64,000 bases of DNA from Phoronis australis (GCA_002633005.1 NMRA01000136.1:646944-710943), one strand, 5' to 3'; positions 11,198-24,344 are shown, numbered from the stretch's first letter. The notes: a model not told the origin generated them from the sequence alone. Made by a program: numbers and translations.

Positions 11198-14100
11198 AGT
11201 TTAGGTACCTTGGAAATGGTGTGGCATGTATTGTCCATGAAGTGAGCGCGACATTTTTGTGCCGGTGTTCACGACGCAGTGTTGCATCTGCACTACGGCA
11301 TATAATATCGCACTCGGCGAACGGTTTTCGCCCAGGAGACAACATGGGTCGAGTGCAACAATATATGTTACAACAGAGGGAGCTCGCTTTCCATGGCTCC
11401 CTTGTGGAGTGTGTACTTCGGACCCTTGTGAAGTAATGGATGGGATAGTGAAACAGACGGGTTACGTGTCTAGTTAAAACAGATGACGGTGTCCTACTCG
11501 ACAAGACCGGGACGGTGATTTGTATGCAGCCGAGGTGACTTCACCATGTTTATGTGACCTTTTAAGCAATTAGGCATCATCAGGCGGAGCTTTGAGTGTG
11601 GCCGAGATGTGGCGCTATTTACGTGAAGTGCGGTATATTTCAAGTGAGATCATTAAATCGACTTAATTGTATTACAATTGATTTCGATGTTTTTCTTTAG
11701 CGACGATGTCGACGACGAGTTTTTATATAATTTAAGAGGATTATTTTCCTGCAACAGCTGACGACGAAAAGTTCACAAAAATAAATTGGGTAAAAATTGA
11801 TTAACTGCAATATATAAACATGTATTAGTTAAAGATAAATGAGTTAAATAAAAAAGTAAACCTATGTAAAATACAAGCAATGCATAAACTTTTCAAAAAC
11901 AAATCCTCTAAAAATTAAAAATCAAAGAGTGTTTGGACACAAAATGAAAACCCAACTAAAAGGGAGATTACATGGTTAGGATTACAGGAAAAATGTATGC
12001 GCTAACCACATGAAATTTTCATGCCAAATTTACAGCAATGAGTATCAATAACAAAATGTAAAATACTCATCCAAAATAGTCATTCCAAAACCTATTTAAC
12101 TGAAATACATAGAACAAAATACGCTGAGACTACACTTACTAGACAAACACACGCACGCATACAGATGAATTGATGTTTGGCCACTAGTAGACGGAACCTT
12201 CAGCAACTGATTCACATCTCTAAGGTTTGAAAAATACATAAAATATCACTGAGACGTAAAAACTAAGGTAACTTGGAAAACGTTTGTTGACAAGGGTCTG
12301 GGTCACAGACATTATTTTGGGGAGTGTTTTCTGTTAAAATTTTTGTGTCTGGAAATGTCCAGCTAGACTTTAAAACTTAATGTTGGAGTCTAAATTTCCG
12401 CTCGGTAGTCAAGGCAACAGGCTTAACTCAAAAGCTTTTATAGCGAATATCAGCTCCTTGCAGCAAACAGGTTACAGGGACAGTTTTCTTTAATATAATA
12501 CGACTACAAGAGCTCATCAAAGAAATGTTCAATTCTGGATAGTGTATTTTTCCAATCTCGTGCCGTGGTAATTACAACAGCCCGACCATAGAACTGAGTT
12601 GTGATTTCGGTCTCCCAGTGTGCGCCGGTTGCTTTCCTGAATGTTTCTCGCTTACCAATGAATGCATTAGATCTGCTTTTAGGGTAAAAACCAGTGAAAT
12701 AAGTCTTGGTCTTACTATTGTATCCGTTTGCTAAACATGAACATCGTGGTATTTATAGACCTATTTCACGCGACGGACATGAAAATCCAAAGCGAGGCTC
12801 ACTGCTATAAACAACGCGGAGGTTGATATTGCGCAAGTGGCCGGTCTTTCGAGTCCAACCTGGAAATTAAATCTTAAATTAACCACAGAGACGAAGAAAA
12901 GTACATTAGAGAACAAGTCAATGCACCAAAGATTTGTCTGACGAATGGGCATAACTTTTTTTTCGGAAAACTAGATTCAAAACATGAAAAGTAAATATGA
13001 CCATACTGTGGTGATCGTAATGTTACGGATTAGGTATTATTCTGAATGCAGGGTAACGTTTCTTCATGTAAATTGTTGATAAAAAATGATTTCTAAGCGA
13101 ACCAGGTCTTCTGTTTGTATTGATGACGACTTGAAGAAATACATTCGACAGTGGTGGCTCATCGCATTTTGCCGTCATGTGCAATTAGTGACATCTGGTT
13201 TAATTTGTTGATCAAGAATATTAACATCAAGTCTAGCCTAGGTCCTGGTGAGGTAGGGACTACCGGGACTAACAATTAATTTGCCATTGATCTGAAAGAA
13301 TAACTGATGTTATTAAATATATTTTTATTTTAAAAAAACCAGGCTCGTAACTGAAAATAAAAATTATTTGACAATTTTTAAATTTTGAAAAATAAATAAA
13401 AACGACCACATCCCCAGAACTCGCTTTCGCATTATATCCAGGTTCTCATTCACTCCCTTAAACACATTCACAAGTATATGTTATTATTTGACCATCAATT
13501 CTGCTTTCTTGGTTTTAATAATTCTTACGTCTATTTAATGTGTTAGGTTTGAAATATCAATCTAGACCAAGTTGAATTTTAAAATTAAAATACCTAGTTC
13601 GTTCGTCCAAAGCATAATTACCTCGTTTTTGAGTTCAATTCCAGTTAACTGGACAGAGCAAGCATAGTTATCATGTTTCTTCAGGGGCCTAGTTCAACCG
13701 AGGAAAAGGTGCCTGTGCCTTCTGAGAGGGGAACTTTTTCTCCGAGTGACGGGAAAAATCTACCTCCCGGGCATCATCGTCCTGTTGGAAGCTCTCATAA
13801 GCTCTGTCTAAAGTAGCAATTTGTGCTCTTTGAAATTGATACCTGTGTAGTTAGAGGTGATTTGAACTTTGGAGAGAACTTTTTAGGCCTTGTGGGGGTA
13901 TTTCGGAGGATTTTTCAATATTTTAGGCCCCAAAATCGAGGGATTGAGGGCCCTGTCCTTTTTTGGAAAGAAAAAGGCATCATTTCTCAACCCGTAGTCA
14001 TGAAAACAGAGCCTGGCTGGCCGAAGATTCTCCGGTCGTTGCTATGATGCTCGGCAACCGAGATGCGACAAAATATGACTTTTCGAAAACATTTATAAAT

Positions 14101-15590
14101 TTTACACGGGCATATTTTCCTTCGGCGCGGCGTATGGCAACGACCCAACGCTTCCGAATGTCAACGTCCTAAGGAATTGTAAAACAGACAGTTGAGTGTC
14201 CGTATTTTTCTAGCCGTCCGAGCAACGAGGAATTTAACCAGTATGCTGATAAGCCAGCAGAACTATTGTAGCGAGCCTCGTTTTGGAACGCGCCTCCTGT
14301 TGGCGTGAATTATGCCTAAAGGGGAAAAATCACTTACATGAGTCCCGGATTTTGATAAACAGTTTGATGACAGTTATTCAGTTGAAACATCAGGGTTTCT
14401 CAAAATGCGGACACCTCAACGAAACTATTGCCGTAACACGGTACCTAGTAAAAAGTGGATTTCAACTGAATGCACACGTTCATTTTGTTTTTGGTGCTAA
14501 ACCAGGCTCAAACAAGCCGATTTCGTCGCACTATCAAAGTTTATTTATAAGATTCCGAATAGCCACAACTGCTCATAAAGTAAGTCATAGCAAAAATGTA
14601 GAAAAAGCATAAAACATGGTGCGAGAAAAGCTTATCACTGTACTTACTGGTATTATTCTAAAACCTGGGTTTTATTACAATAGAACACTTTATAACTGAC
14701 AGATAGAAAACTAAGTATGCGACAGAAATGGCAAGATCATTTATTGTTCCTTACTCCAACGTCAGTATATTTCCGCCACATCCTGGAAATCACTTGTTCA
14801 TTAACAAGCTAGTAAGATAAGAAGCCACCTGCAATGCAAACGAGTCATCTAAACTTTGTAACAAAAGGTAGAGATTTGGAATCATAAAAACGATTGTGAT
14901 TAACCAAATCCTGATGTTGGATTTCAGACATTCTGTAAAGCTTATGGAAATCAATCAGTTAAATACATTAAAAATACTCCTCCACTGGTAACATTGCATT
15001 TTAGCTCTACCAGCATAGCATTGGACTGCAACTGCTGAGGTCGTGGATTTCAATTGCATGTTGAACGTAATTTCAAACACAAACATTGCCCTGGATTACG
15101 TCATATTGGTCTTCAGTAAGTTGGAATTATGTCTCTTACGATTTCTTAATTTGAGAATCTAGAGACAATATAACATTGCAACTTTGTCTTAAAGCACAAT
15201 ACTTCATTTAGAGATGAGAATTATACAGTCACAGTTCTATTTCTGCAAAGCAAGCTTTATTTTATTGACAACATGATATTGCAACTGTTTACATTGACTT
15301 AAGGTTAAAGCTAACGTTACATTAGCTTATGATATCTTAATTTTTATTATACTCTTTGAGTATTCACTGAATATGACAATGTGTCTTAAGGTTATGCAGG
15401 CCTTTATCAAAAAGGCTGTATACTTGGCCATATGTCTAAAAATCAAGGAAATTAACTCTGCCAGTAAAAGTCGATATAAAAGCTCATGATGGAATCTCGA
15501 AAATGCCGGTACAGCGCGCTCCCCAAGTTTTGATATATTTTGACCAGAATCAAACAATTCTAACTGTTTGAAAACATCAAAAAGTCTTAC

Positions 15591-15704
15591 TTTTTTAAAA
15601 CCTCTCTTGCAAAAGCGGAATCGTGTTTTGAAGAATTAGATATGATGTTCCAAAGTTGGCCAAATATGGAATTTTCAAGGTTCCCACATAATCCTAACCA
15701 ATGC
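15591..15704 (-). pseudogene. Exon-like segment of an unidentified minus-strand gene or pseudogene
   Basis: ttttgttttag acceptor, gtaag donor, 114 nt; the only open frame is HWLGLCGNLENSIFGQLWNIISNSSKHDSAFAREVLK. Confidence 0.4.
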
Positions 15705-17453
15705 CTAAAACAAAATGGTAAATACTTGTACATCACAGATATCTAATACAATACAGAAGTCAATGATGAAATTGCTAACGAGTCATATATAGCATTTCCA
15801 ATGTCTATGGATCATAGTAAGCAAGAACACCACACATAAAACAGCCTATAAAACAATACCAAAAAGCCATCTAAATGTACATGTACAAATAAAACCTTTA
15901 AAATACAATCATGTTGCTGCCACGCAGTAGCATAGCCAATGATTATCACCACCTAGCTACCACTACCTCCAATAGCTACAACTATGATGGAAGTAGCGTG
16001 CAAATATCATACAAAAGAGCTGATGCTCTGCCATGCTACGACCAAAAATTTCATGAAGTTAGTTAAAATATCCGTAAAGGACTGCATCCCAACTGTACCC
16101 AAAATTACAGGGGAGGAAATTGTTGAGACAGCCAGTAAATGGTTTCGACACACTTACCCCATCAAGAGATTACAGTTTAAAGGCTTCCAAAAAGACCTAT
16201 TGTTAATGTGACGGAGAAAACGAGGTGGATCTACACTATGAAATAGGTAACAACTAGGTGTAAAAGTCCACCACGAAACAACATCATTTTAGGGATAAGT
16301 AGACTAAATTGTATCACTTGTGTCATAACTGTGAAGTCTAGATTTACGCAGCTCATTTATCACATTGACGGTGTAAGATTCGGAGAACGTTCCCTTCTTG
16401 AAGTACTTGAGCAGTAAATCTCTGAGAGGGTCACTCAAGGTGGGTCTGGCAACTCTTCCATCTGCATTGTCCCTGAGGCTTCTGGACAATGGCTGGGATG
16501 CGATTTGGCGACTGATGTCTTCAACCCCAACATCACCACAAGCAGCGGCCTGTGACGTGGACGGTTCTTGAACAGGAGCGTCGATGACTTCATGATTGAC
16601 TGTAAAGAAGAAGTTAGGAAATTATTAACGTTGACACAGATGTCCACCTATTTCTGCTCAGAAGGTACAGCTTAAAAACTCGATGAAAATGTTTACAAGA
16701 GAAACGCAGAGCACTTAAAAGCGCCGACGACTGAAACAGTGGACAGGTGCTTTTTCTGAGTCACGGAAATGGCGCGAAAAACGCTCAATCCGTCTGAAAT
16801 GAGAAGGGCACTGCCAATTTCATAATAAAATCTTGTTTGCCCAATTTCATGAAAGATGTCAAGGGCCTCTGAAGATACAGAAGCAAAGGTTGGGGGTATG
16901 AGGTAGTTAGAGCCATCCAGAAGGTCATGGGCACTTCTATCAACCCAGACGCAAAAAAGCGAAGACTAGAAAGACAAGCAGTGCTGTCACGTTTTACGCG
17001 CAACGGCAAGGTGGCCAAATCAAAGAAGTGCTTAAAAAGGAAAGTAAAGATGACAACTTCAAGCTTGAACAAGCAGCACAGGAAAAACATGAGGAAACTG
17101 ATTCAGCATCTGAGTCGTCTCTTGGTAAGAAAAACGCAAACATCTAACGAGAACGACCTGCCAGTGGTGTTGCTATGTACTTACAGATTTTCTGTCAAAC
17201 ATTTGAGAAGTAAGTGTGCAACTGATGGCAAAGAACTTAAAACCATTTAATCACTTTACTGGATTCAACTCTCAAGCAAACACTTTTTCAATTTAAGGTT
17301 ATATCCAACCTTATTAAGTGGCCTCCATTCTAAATCGTATATCAAAAAACTAAGCTTTTTCAATTAGTAAAAGTATATATTTTCTGAATGAACAAACATA
17401 AGGAAATATAAATATACTTTTTGTGTTTATGTTCCATTATTATTTTTACAAAA

Positions 17454-18688
17454 GGTACATTCATAGCAAAATAACCCGTCGGTCGACTTTAATGAAACCT
17501 TTTTTAAATAAAAACTTCCCCGATTACCTCAAAAAGTCTGTTAGGAATTTTCGATTATTCTGTTCGTTTGATCTCTGTGACAAATCAACTCGCAAAACGT
17601 AACATATTTTTGTAAAAAATTCACTCGTATTCGTCCTTGTCATATTACGTAAAAACTAGGCCTTTATACTAAAAATCCTAAAAGCGTTTTTGAGATTGAT
17701 GACTAAATATTAAGTTTGGAAAGTTTCCAGCCGTTTTCGAGAACTAGTGTTCCTAGGTTCAAATAAAGTCGATTTGCCGAAGCCGAGAAAAAGTCGATTA
17801 AACTGGGACGAGCGAAATCTCAAAGTCTTCCGTTCATTATTCTGTGAAAACTAGTTTTCGGTACACATAACCTATGCAATCCTTAACTATGTTAGCTATT
17901 TCAACGTTCACTGGCAATGTCAACTGATTTTGCAGTGCGTAACTTACTTAATTATCAATAAAACCTCAAATAGACGTATCCTTACCAGCCAATTTTTACT
18001 GTTGTTTACGACCTACTTTCTAAGTAGGTCGCACTTCATTGTTATACACATAGCCTGTACAGACCCCCTGTGGTGCACCGCCTATAGACCATGGGCGGCT
18101 TAGCACTGAAAAAAGTGGGGAGCTGTAGCCCCCAGCCCCCTATGGTGCGCCGCCCAAAACTAAGCAAGAAATGAATAACAAAAATCGAATCGGTGGTTAA
18201 AGTATGTCGTTAGCATGAGATCGAAACATCAAAATGTCAACTTATTAATTGAATTAAGGAATTAGGGTGAGGATTTATCTCTTTTCACAACTTTCTGCGT
18301 TCATGACCACAGAATCCTGAGGCAACTCGTAGCATTCGTTTTCAACTCCAACGGTCGTATGCATGTAGACGCACAACTCCCTTAGGATCAAAACAATGTT
18401 TTGGCTTTGTTTTCCCGGATAGGTACACCTTGTTGGCTCAATGTTATGGCGACTGGCGGGAGATTCGATTTGATTGAAAGCCCTTTAACCTTTGACCATA
18501 GATAAGTACTAAACAAACATCCACGCGGTTGTGCGGTTCCAAGGTGGTTCTGCTAAATCTTTTTTCTCGCTACGCGGTATATATTTTGTATTTGAAGTTC
18601 CCCGAGAATGAAGATAAGGTATTTTGCTAGACACATGTGAAATATTGTAAAAGTGGCCAATTTTTTGTGAATAAGGTTGGAGATATCC
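17454..18688 (+). mobile_element. ~1.2-kb non-autonomous TTAA-type (Kolobok-like) element, copy 1
   Basis: Colinear reverse-complement similarity with 21853-23062 along its length; GG...CC termini followed by TTAA at 18689. Confidence 0.7.
18060..18156. mobile_element. Mini hAT-like MITE (~70-bp unit), tandem remnant
   Basis: catgggcggc...gccgccca TIRs; the same sequence recurs at 43700-43845; absent from the sister copy at 21853-23062. Confidence 0.65.
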
Positions 18689-19109
18689 TTAATATACCAA
18701 ATATAGATAACAAATCGACCATTTATTGGGATAGTGCCCTTGCTAGGTCCACAGTTATTGACACTGAAAAGCTCTTCGAGGAAGGACTCTCCAAGACCCC
18801 TGAACAAGTGGATGAGGAAAATTATGTGGCTAGTGTAACTAGGCCATTAGCTCACAAACTGCCAGTTCAGGATGAATTTTAATGGTTTAGATGAAATTGA
18901 GAAAGGGATTGTCAAACAATGTGATGTGGTTTGGTTTTAAACAACGTGAGACAAGACTTTTTGGAATTGTCAAAAGAACATTACAATTATTGATGCCATC
19001 GGGTTACAAAAACAGATTACCAGTTTTTTGCAAAACCATAAATCACACACATGACAGGTGTTTCTCAGTTGTGCTAGTGAGACAAGTGTAGTAAGTTACA
19101 TAATATCTG

Positions 19110-20010
19110 CAGCAAGAGCGCAGAAATGCACTGGAAAACGTCATTGCCACAGGAATATCGTTTTAGGGACCTTGTAAACCCAATTCAAATCACGCTAGCC
19201 GATGCTGTCTATCAAGTTCACAAACACCCTGCAAAGGAATCAGGAGCTACAGCTATGGTTGCAACAATACAAATCACCACTAGGGGATGCGATAGTTGTA
19301 AGACTCATCTCAAAATCAACGTCAGCCGTGGTCTTATCATCATGAACACAATTTCAATGATTCACTATGTTCCTTTGAGCAGTTTGGCGGATCAAGAGGC
19401 AGATGCTAAAAACAAACTCCAAAAAATAAAAATAGTCACTAGGAGGCGCAGAATACGTCGAATCCGTCCTAACATGAAAATATATAGTTGTCTATTTGCC
19501 AAATTTGAAAAAAATGTCGATGAGCTCTAAAGATGCATAGGCAAACATAAAAATAAAGTTACCACTAGGGGGCACAGCTGTAGTTGGATTGGTCTGTGGA
19601 ACATCGTAACTGGTTACCATCTCAATAGGAAATATCTGTCAAATTTCACAAAGACCCTCCAAAGAGTTATGGAGATACATGTACTGCCACTTGAGGTCGC
19701 CAGAGAAGTCGAACTCGTCTGAAAACCAGTCTTCTTAACAGGAACACATCTGCCAATTTGCATAATGATCCCATGAGCAGCTTGGCGGATAGAGCGATGG
19801 ACGTCAAAAACACAACAAAGAATTCTAAAATTGCCACCAGGTGGCGTACAATATGTCGAATCCGTCCAAAAACAGGAAGACAACATCGTCTCTTTAATAG
19901 AAACCTATTTCCTAAATTTCATAAAAATCGACAAGGAGCTCTAAAGTTACAGCTCACAAAAATGATCACTGGAGAACGGTAAGCAGACACAAAGTGTCAG
20001 ATAACTGTGG
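19110..20010 (-). mobile_element. Degenerate HINE-like element with internal satellite monomers
   Basis: Repeated ccactaggggg/aggcgca...tcgaatcc...caaatttca monomers are the reverse complement of the monomers at 51.2-52.2 kb; boundaries approximate. Confidence 0.55.
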
Positions 20011-20313
20011 GGGGAAGGAACTGGCCCTTTGGCCATCCTCCTCAACACTTCATCCTGGTAGGCTGAGTAAGCAAGCCCTTCTATCAACCCAGAAATTGCC
20101 ACTGCTTTGTAAGCTATGTCAAAAGCAAAAGGTCATTTAAAGGAGAATGCCACCTGATTTAATTAGTCGTTTTTACCGTCTTAATCAGTCCATTTCCACA
20201 TCTTCTCGTTAACTGTCGATCTTACCTCGTCGAGAGGTGTCGCGTTAAATTGTTAGGAAGATGAACAAACAACGCAGCGACGTTAGTGGTTCTTCTGCAC
20301 AGTGAGTGCCACT

Positions 20314-20513
20314 ATGGTGTAGTATATCGTTCCCGCTTGTTCGAACTATGAAACCGCCATGAAAGCGGGTATACCGTTTTTTCGATTTCCTCGAAAGCTC
20401 TAAATGTTTCGGAAGTGGCTCGCAGCAGTGACGAAGGAAAAGTACGCCGTTAATACCAAGTATGAAGCGGTGAAACATCTCCGTTCTGTGTCTGTGGCCG
20501 GCATTTCGTCGAC
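20314..20513 (+). pseudogene. THAP zinc-finger relic (N-terminus of the Kolobok transposase)
   Basis: MV*YIVPACSNY...GIPFFRFPRKL*MFRKWLAAV...[frameshift]VCGRHFVD; contains stops. Confidence 0.75.
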
Positions 20514-20520
20514 AAGAAGG

Positions 20521-20771
20521 GTTTTACTTCTGGAATTTCGTGGCAGCAAACGCAAGCGTCAATCGTTTCCACTATCGTGCAGTTTGCGCACTGACACCAT
20601 GACAAGTCATTCAAACGGTTTTCGGAACTATCCATATGTTCCGTTGCGTGCGGCACGTTCACTGCGCCTCTCAAGTATTTCTTGATCAGTGTATTCCGGT
20701 TCGAAAAAATAGCTTGAGAAACCTAACGTTCCACCTGTGAAGTCTTCGTCGGATGAGTACCATGTTGACAT
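20521..20771 (-). pseudogene. KolX / P2X7 C-terminal (Nanor-like) Cys-rich domain relic
   Basis: MSTWYSSDEDF...SYFFEPEYTDQEILERR [frameshift] SENRLNDLSWCQCANCTIVETIDACVCCHEIPEV. Confidence 0.75.
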
Positions 20772-21852
20772 TTATTCCTGTGCGTTTTGTTTAAAAATGA
20801 ATTATTCTCACTTTAACAAGCAATGCTTTTATATAAAACTGAAACAAAGAGTCTCATTAGATACAATTTGTAATGACTTTGGAGTGTTTGTGCGTGCAAA
20901 AAGTTTTGAGAACCCAGCAATGAATAAGTCACTGCGTTACAATGAGACTAAATGACCGGGCACCAAGGCCGTGTGAGCGCATGCTAATTTAGTGTTTGCT
21001 GACAGAAAGTTGTTGTGAAACAATAACTCGATTTTATATGGCATGATCAGATGTTAGTGGAATATTTGTTCAGATGTAGTACATTATTCGAATGAATCAT
21101 TGTTATTGTACAACTTTTGCCCTGACAATTCTGTGTAAAGGTAACCTCATGACTTCGCGGCCCCCAACGAGTAAGTAGATTTGGAGTTCCGCGGCTAATT
21201 CATCAAAATAATCACGTGCACATTATTTCTTTGGCTCACTAGTATAGTCTTTTTGTGGCGAGAAGTTTAGTTTCCAATTTTGGTATATGTTCGTGACGTC
21301 TTCGGTCCGGCAGCGACGCCGGCCTGCGGGATCCGGGTTCCGAGCCACTGGCCATGATAACGAGCGCTTCGTGTATTTAGAACTGAAAAAATCGCAAATC
21401 TAAACTTACAACACGCATCAATGTTCTCTTGTCTGTATTTCACGGAAGAATAATTCGATTTTATCACTGAAAAGACCCCAAATTCCAGCGACCGAATTTG
21501 GTAAATTGGTCTACCGAACTTCGTAGGTTACAGTACGTTCAAATACCTACAAATCCGTAACAGCGAAATTAAGCAACACGTTTGTTCAAGAATTCGATGT
21601 ATTTTTAAGGTTTTACATTAAATTTTCATGGTTTATTGGTGTAAAACGATGAATTCAAGCGATAAACTGACACCAGTAATCGTGTTGTGAACTGCTGATC
21701 AGACTGCGTTCGAAATTGTGACGTCATTGGTTAATTGCAACACCGCCTTCTACCGTCAGGTGTCAGGTAAAAGAACTGAACTTGCTGTTATCAAGTGGAA
21801 CTACTCGATCTAAACTGATACAAAATTGTTTTTGGAAGGCATTATCCTTTAA

Positions 21853-23062
21853 GGATGTCTCATACATTATACACACAAATTGCCATTTTTACAACATTTC
21901 ACGCATGTTTAACAAAGTGTTTAATCTTCATTCTCGGGGAACTTCAAATACGAAATATATACTGGTATACTCTGTAGCGAGAAAAAAAATTAGCAGAATA
22001 ACAGCTTGGAGATTTGTTTACTATTTATCCGAGGTCAAAGGTTACAGGGATGTCAATAAAATCGAATCTCCCCCCAGGCAGAGCAGCTCGGTATATACGG
22101 TCTCAGTTCTTTCATTCACCGAGTCGCCAAAATATTGAGTCAATAAGGCGTAGATATGATAGAAAGATGCAGGAGAAAAAATGAAGACAAAACATAGTTT
22201 TGATCCTAAGAGAGCTGTGCGTCTGCATTCATACGGCCATTAAGAACAAATGCTCCAGGTCATCTCACGCCTCCGTGTCTATGCGTTCTTGAACACAGCA
22301 AGTTATCAAGATATAAATCCTCACCCAAATTTCTTAATTTTTTAAGTAATTTGACATTTTGCTGTTTCGATCTCAAGCTCACGACGTGCTTTAACCAGCG
22401 ACTCGAACTCTGTTATCCATTTTGTACAGGGTTCCATATCAGTCTCCCCTGCGTGACGTGTAAAACAATGAGCTGTTCACCTACTTTTAAGTAGGCCAAC
22501 AGTTGATCACACCTGTCGGACTGAAGAGGGTAACAAAGTTAACGTTTTCGCTGTAATTCAGCTAATTGGGCAATGCAAATTCAGTTGATATTGCGAGTGA
22601 ATGTTGAAATAGAGAACATGGTTAAGGCATGTATAGGTTATATTGACCGAAAACGAGTTTCCGCTGAATAATTAACATAAGACCTCGACATCTTCACGTG
22701 TCCCAACTTAATCGACTTTTCTCGGCTTCGACAAATCGACTCAATTTGAAATTAGGAACACAAGTTCTTGAAAAGGGCTCTATTGATTTCGCTACACTTT
22801 CCAAAGCTAATATTTACTCATCGATCTCAAAAACACTGTCAGAGTTTTCCTTACAAAGGCCTAGGTTTGCGTTATGTAACAAAGACGAATACGTGATATT
22901 TTCATAAAAAATACCGTACCTTATGTTTTGTGAGTTGATTTGTCACAGAAACCAAACTAGAGACTAATCGAAAATTCCTAACAGCGTTTTTGAGGTAACT
23001 GATGAAGTTTTCATTTAAAAAAGGTCTCGTTAAACTTGGAATTATTTAGCTATGAATGTACC
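21853..23062 (-). mobile_element. ~1.2-kb non-autonomous TTAA-type element, copy 2 (inverted)
   Basis: Reverse complement of 17454-18688, e.g. aatcgactttt-ctcggcttcgacaaatcgac vs gtcgatttgccgaagccgagaaaaagtcgatt; termini GGATGTCTCATA / rc GGTACATTCATA. Confidence 0.7.
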
Positions 23063-23601
23063 TTGCAAAACAACTCAACGCAGAACGCTAGCTGAAATGC
23101 GCCCGCGACAGCAACGCAAACAGTGAGCTTAGGAGTGCTTACACGTTTCAAAACTGGACACTCGGTGGCCCAGAATACGTCAAATCCATCACAAAATGGA
23201 TAGATGCTATCACTAACACAGCTGAAACTTGTTTACCACATTTCAGTAAAACGTGTCAAAGGACTCTGAAGATATATGATTCAAATTATGTCCCATCTAC
23301 AATCTCAAACGAGTGAATGGAGAGCTTGGCTACAGCGGTAAAGGGCCAATGAAATGGGCGTGGCACGGGTTTCATGGGGCAGGGATAATTCCTGTATCTT
23401 TTTCTACCACGAGTACACCAGGGACTCCCTGGTAACACTTTAAAGTTTTATCGGTGTTTGTGACTCTGCTGCACTAATTCCTAGGTCCCAGGCTGGCCTC
23501 AGAGAAAGACTAATTGACAGCTGAAAAAACAAGCCTCTGAAAAAAGACCGACACGACGGAAGCTGCTGCAGTTAATTATAAACTTTAAATCAACAAGTTA
23601 C

Positions 23602-23731
23602 CTTCATTAATGCTGACCGCAATATCCTGTCCATCAAGAATTGACTTGGCATACTTTAACTTCAGTTTTTTCATCAAGTTCAGGTACTGGACTCTGAAGT
23701 TATCATGCTTCTTTTTGGATTTTTGTACTTT
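23602..23731 (-). pseudogene. Exon-like segment of an unidentified minus-strand gene or pseudogene
   Basis: ctttgttttag acceptor, gtaact donor; open frame KVQKSKKKHDNFRVQYLNLMKKLKLKYAKSILDGQDIAVSINE. Confidence 0.4.
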
Positions 23732-24344
23732 CTAAAACAAAGTATTCTGCATATTTATGAAGTTGGCAATAACATACATAGCTTGCAACACACAGATTTA
23801 ATAGTTTTAATGGATCAATGAAACAATGTAAACCATCTTGTCAAAAAACACCATTTATTTTGCATATAACGTAAATCTTCAATAATTTAGGACACCATAT
23901 GACTGACAAATGAAATTCTATTTTGTCAAATTACTATACAAAAATAAATATTAGAAAAAAAATTAATTTATGAATTAGCAAAATGAAACAATTTTCTTGT
24001 GCGAAATAAATGGAGAGTTGTCATACATGACTGACTTCCTTTCTAAAAACCTATGAATTTCACCAAAATGTTGCTTTAAGCCTAATGCAACCATGCTAAT
24101 GGATATGTCTGACCTTATTTACAAAAAATGATTATTGCTGTAATGTTTCACATGTCTAGCAAAATACCGAACCTTCGTCCCCAGTAAACTTCCAATACAA
24201 AGACGTAGCGAGAAAAAACAGATGTGCCGGACCAGTACCTATAGCCTATTTGTCCAGCCAAATTGCTTTCTGCGCACAACACGATTTGTTAACGCCAAGT
24301 CTCAAGCAATAATGTACAGCAAGTACTTCACAGCTCCAACTATT

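Larger units (their letters stand above)
20141..21848 (+). mobile_element. Kolobok-superfamily DNA transposon, internally deleted
   Basis: TTAA at 20137-20140 and 21849-21852; TIRs AGGAGAATGCC / rc AGGATAATGCC (10/11); convergent THAP and KolX-like relics inside. Confidence 0.8.

Noticed and set aside
12490-12750. Possible second THAP relic on the minus strand (IPRCSCLANG...EHF)
   Set aside because: Too degenerate; the key Cys/Trp/His spacing cannot be recovered in one frame.
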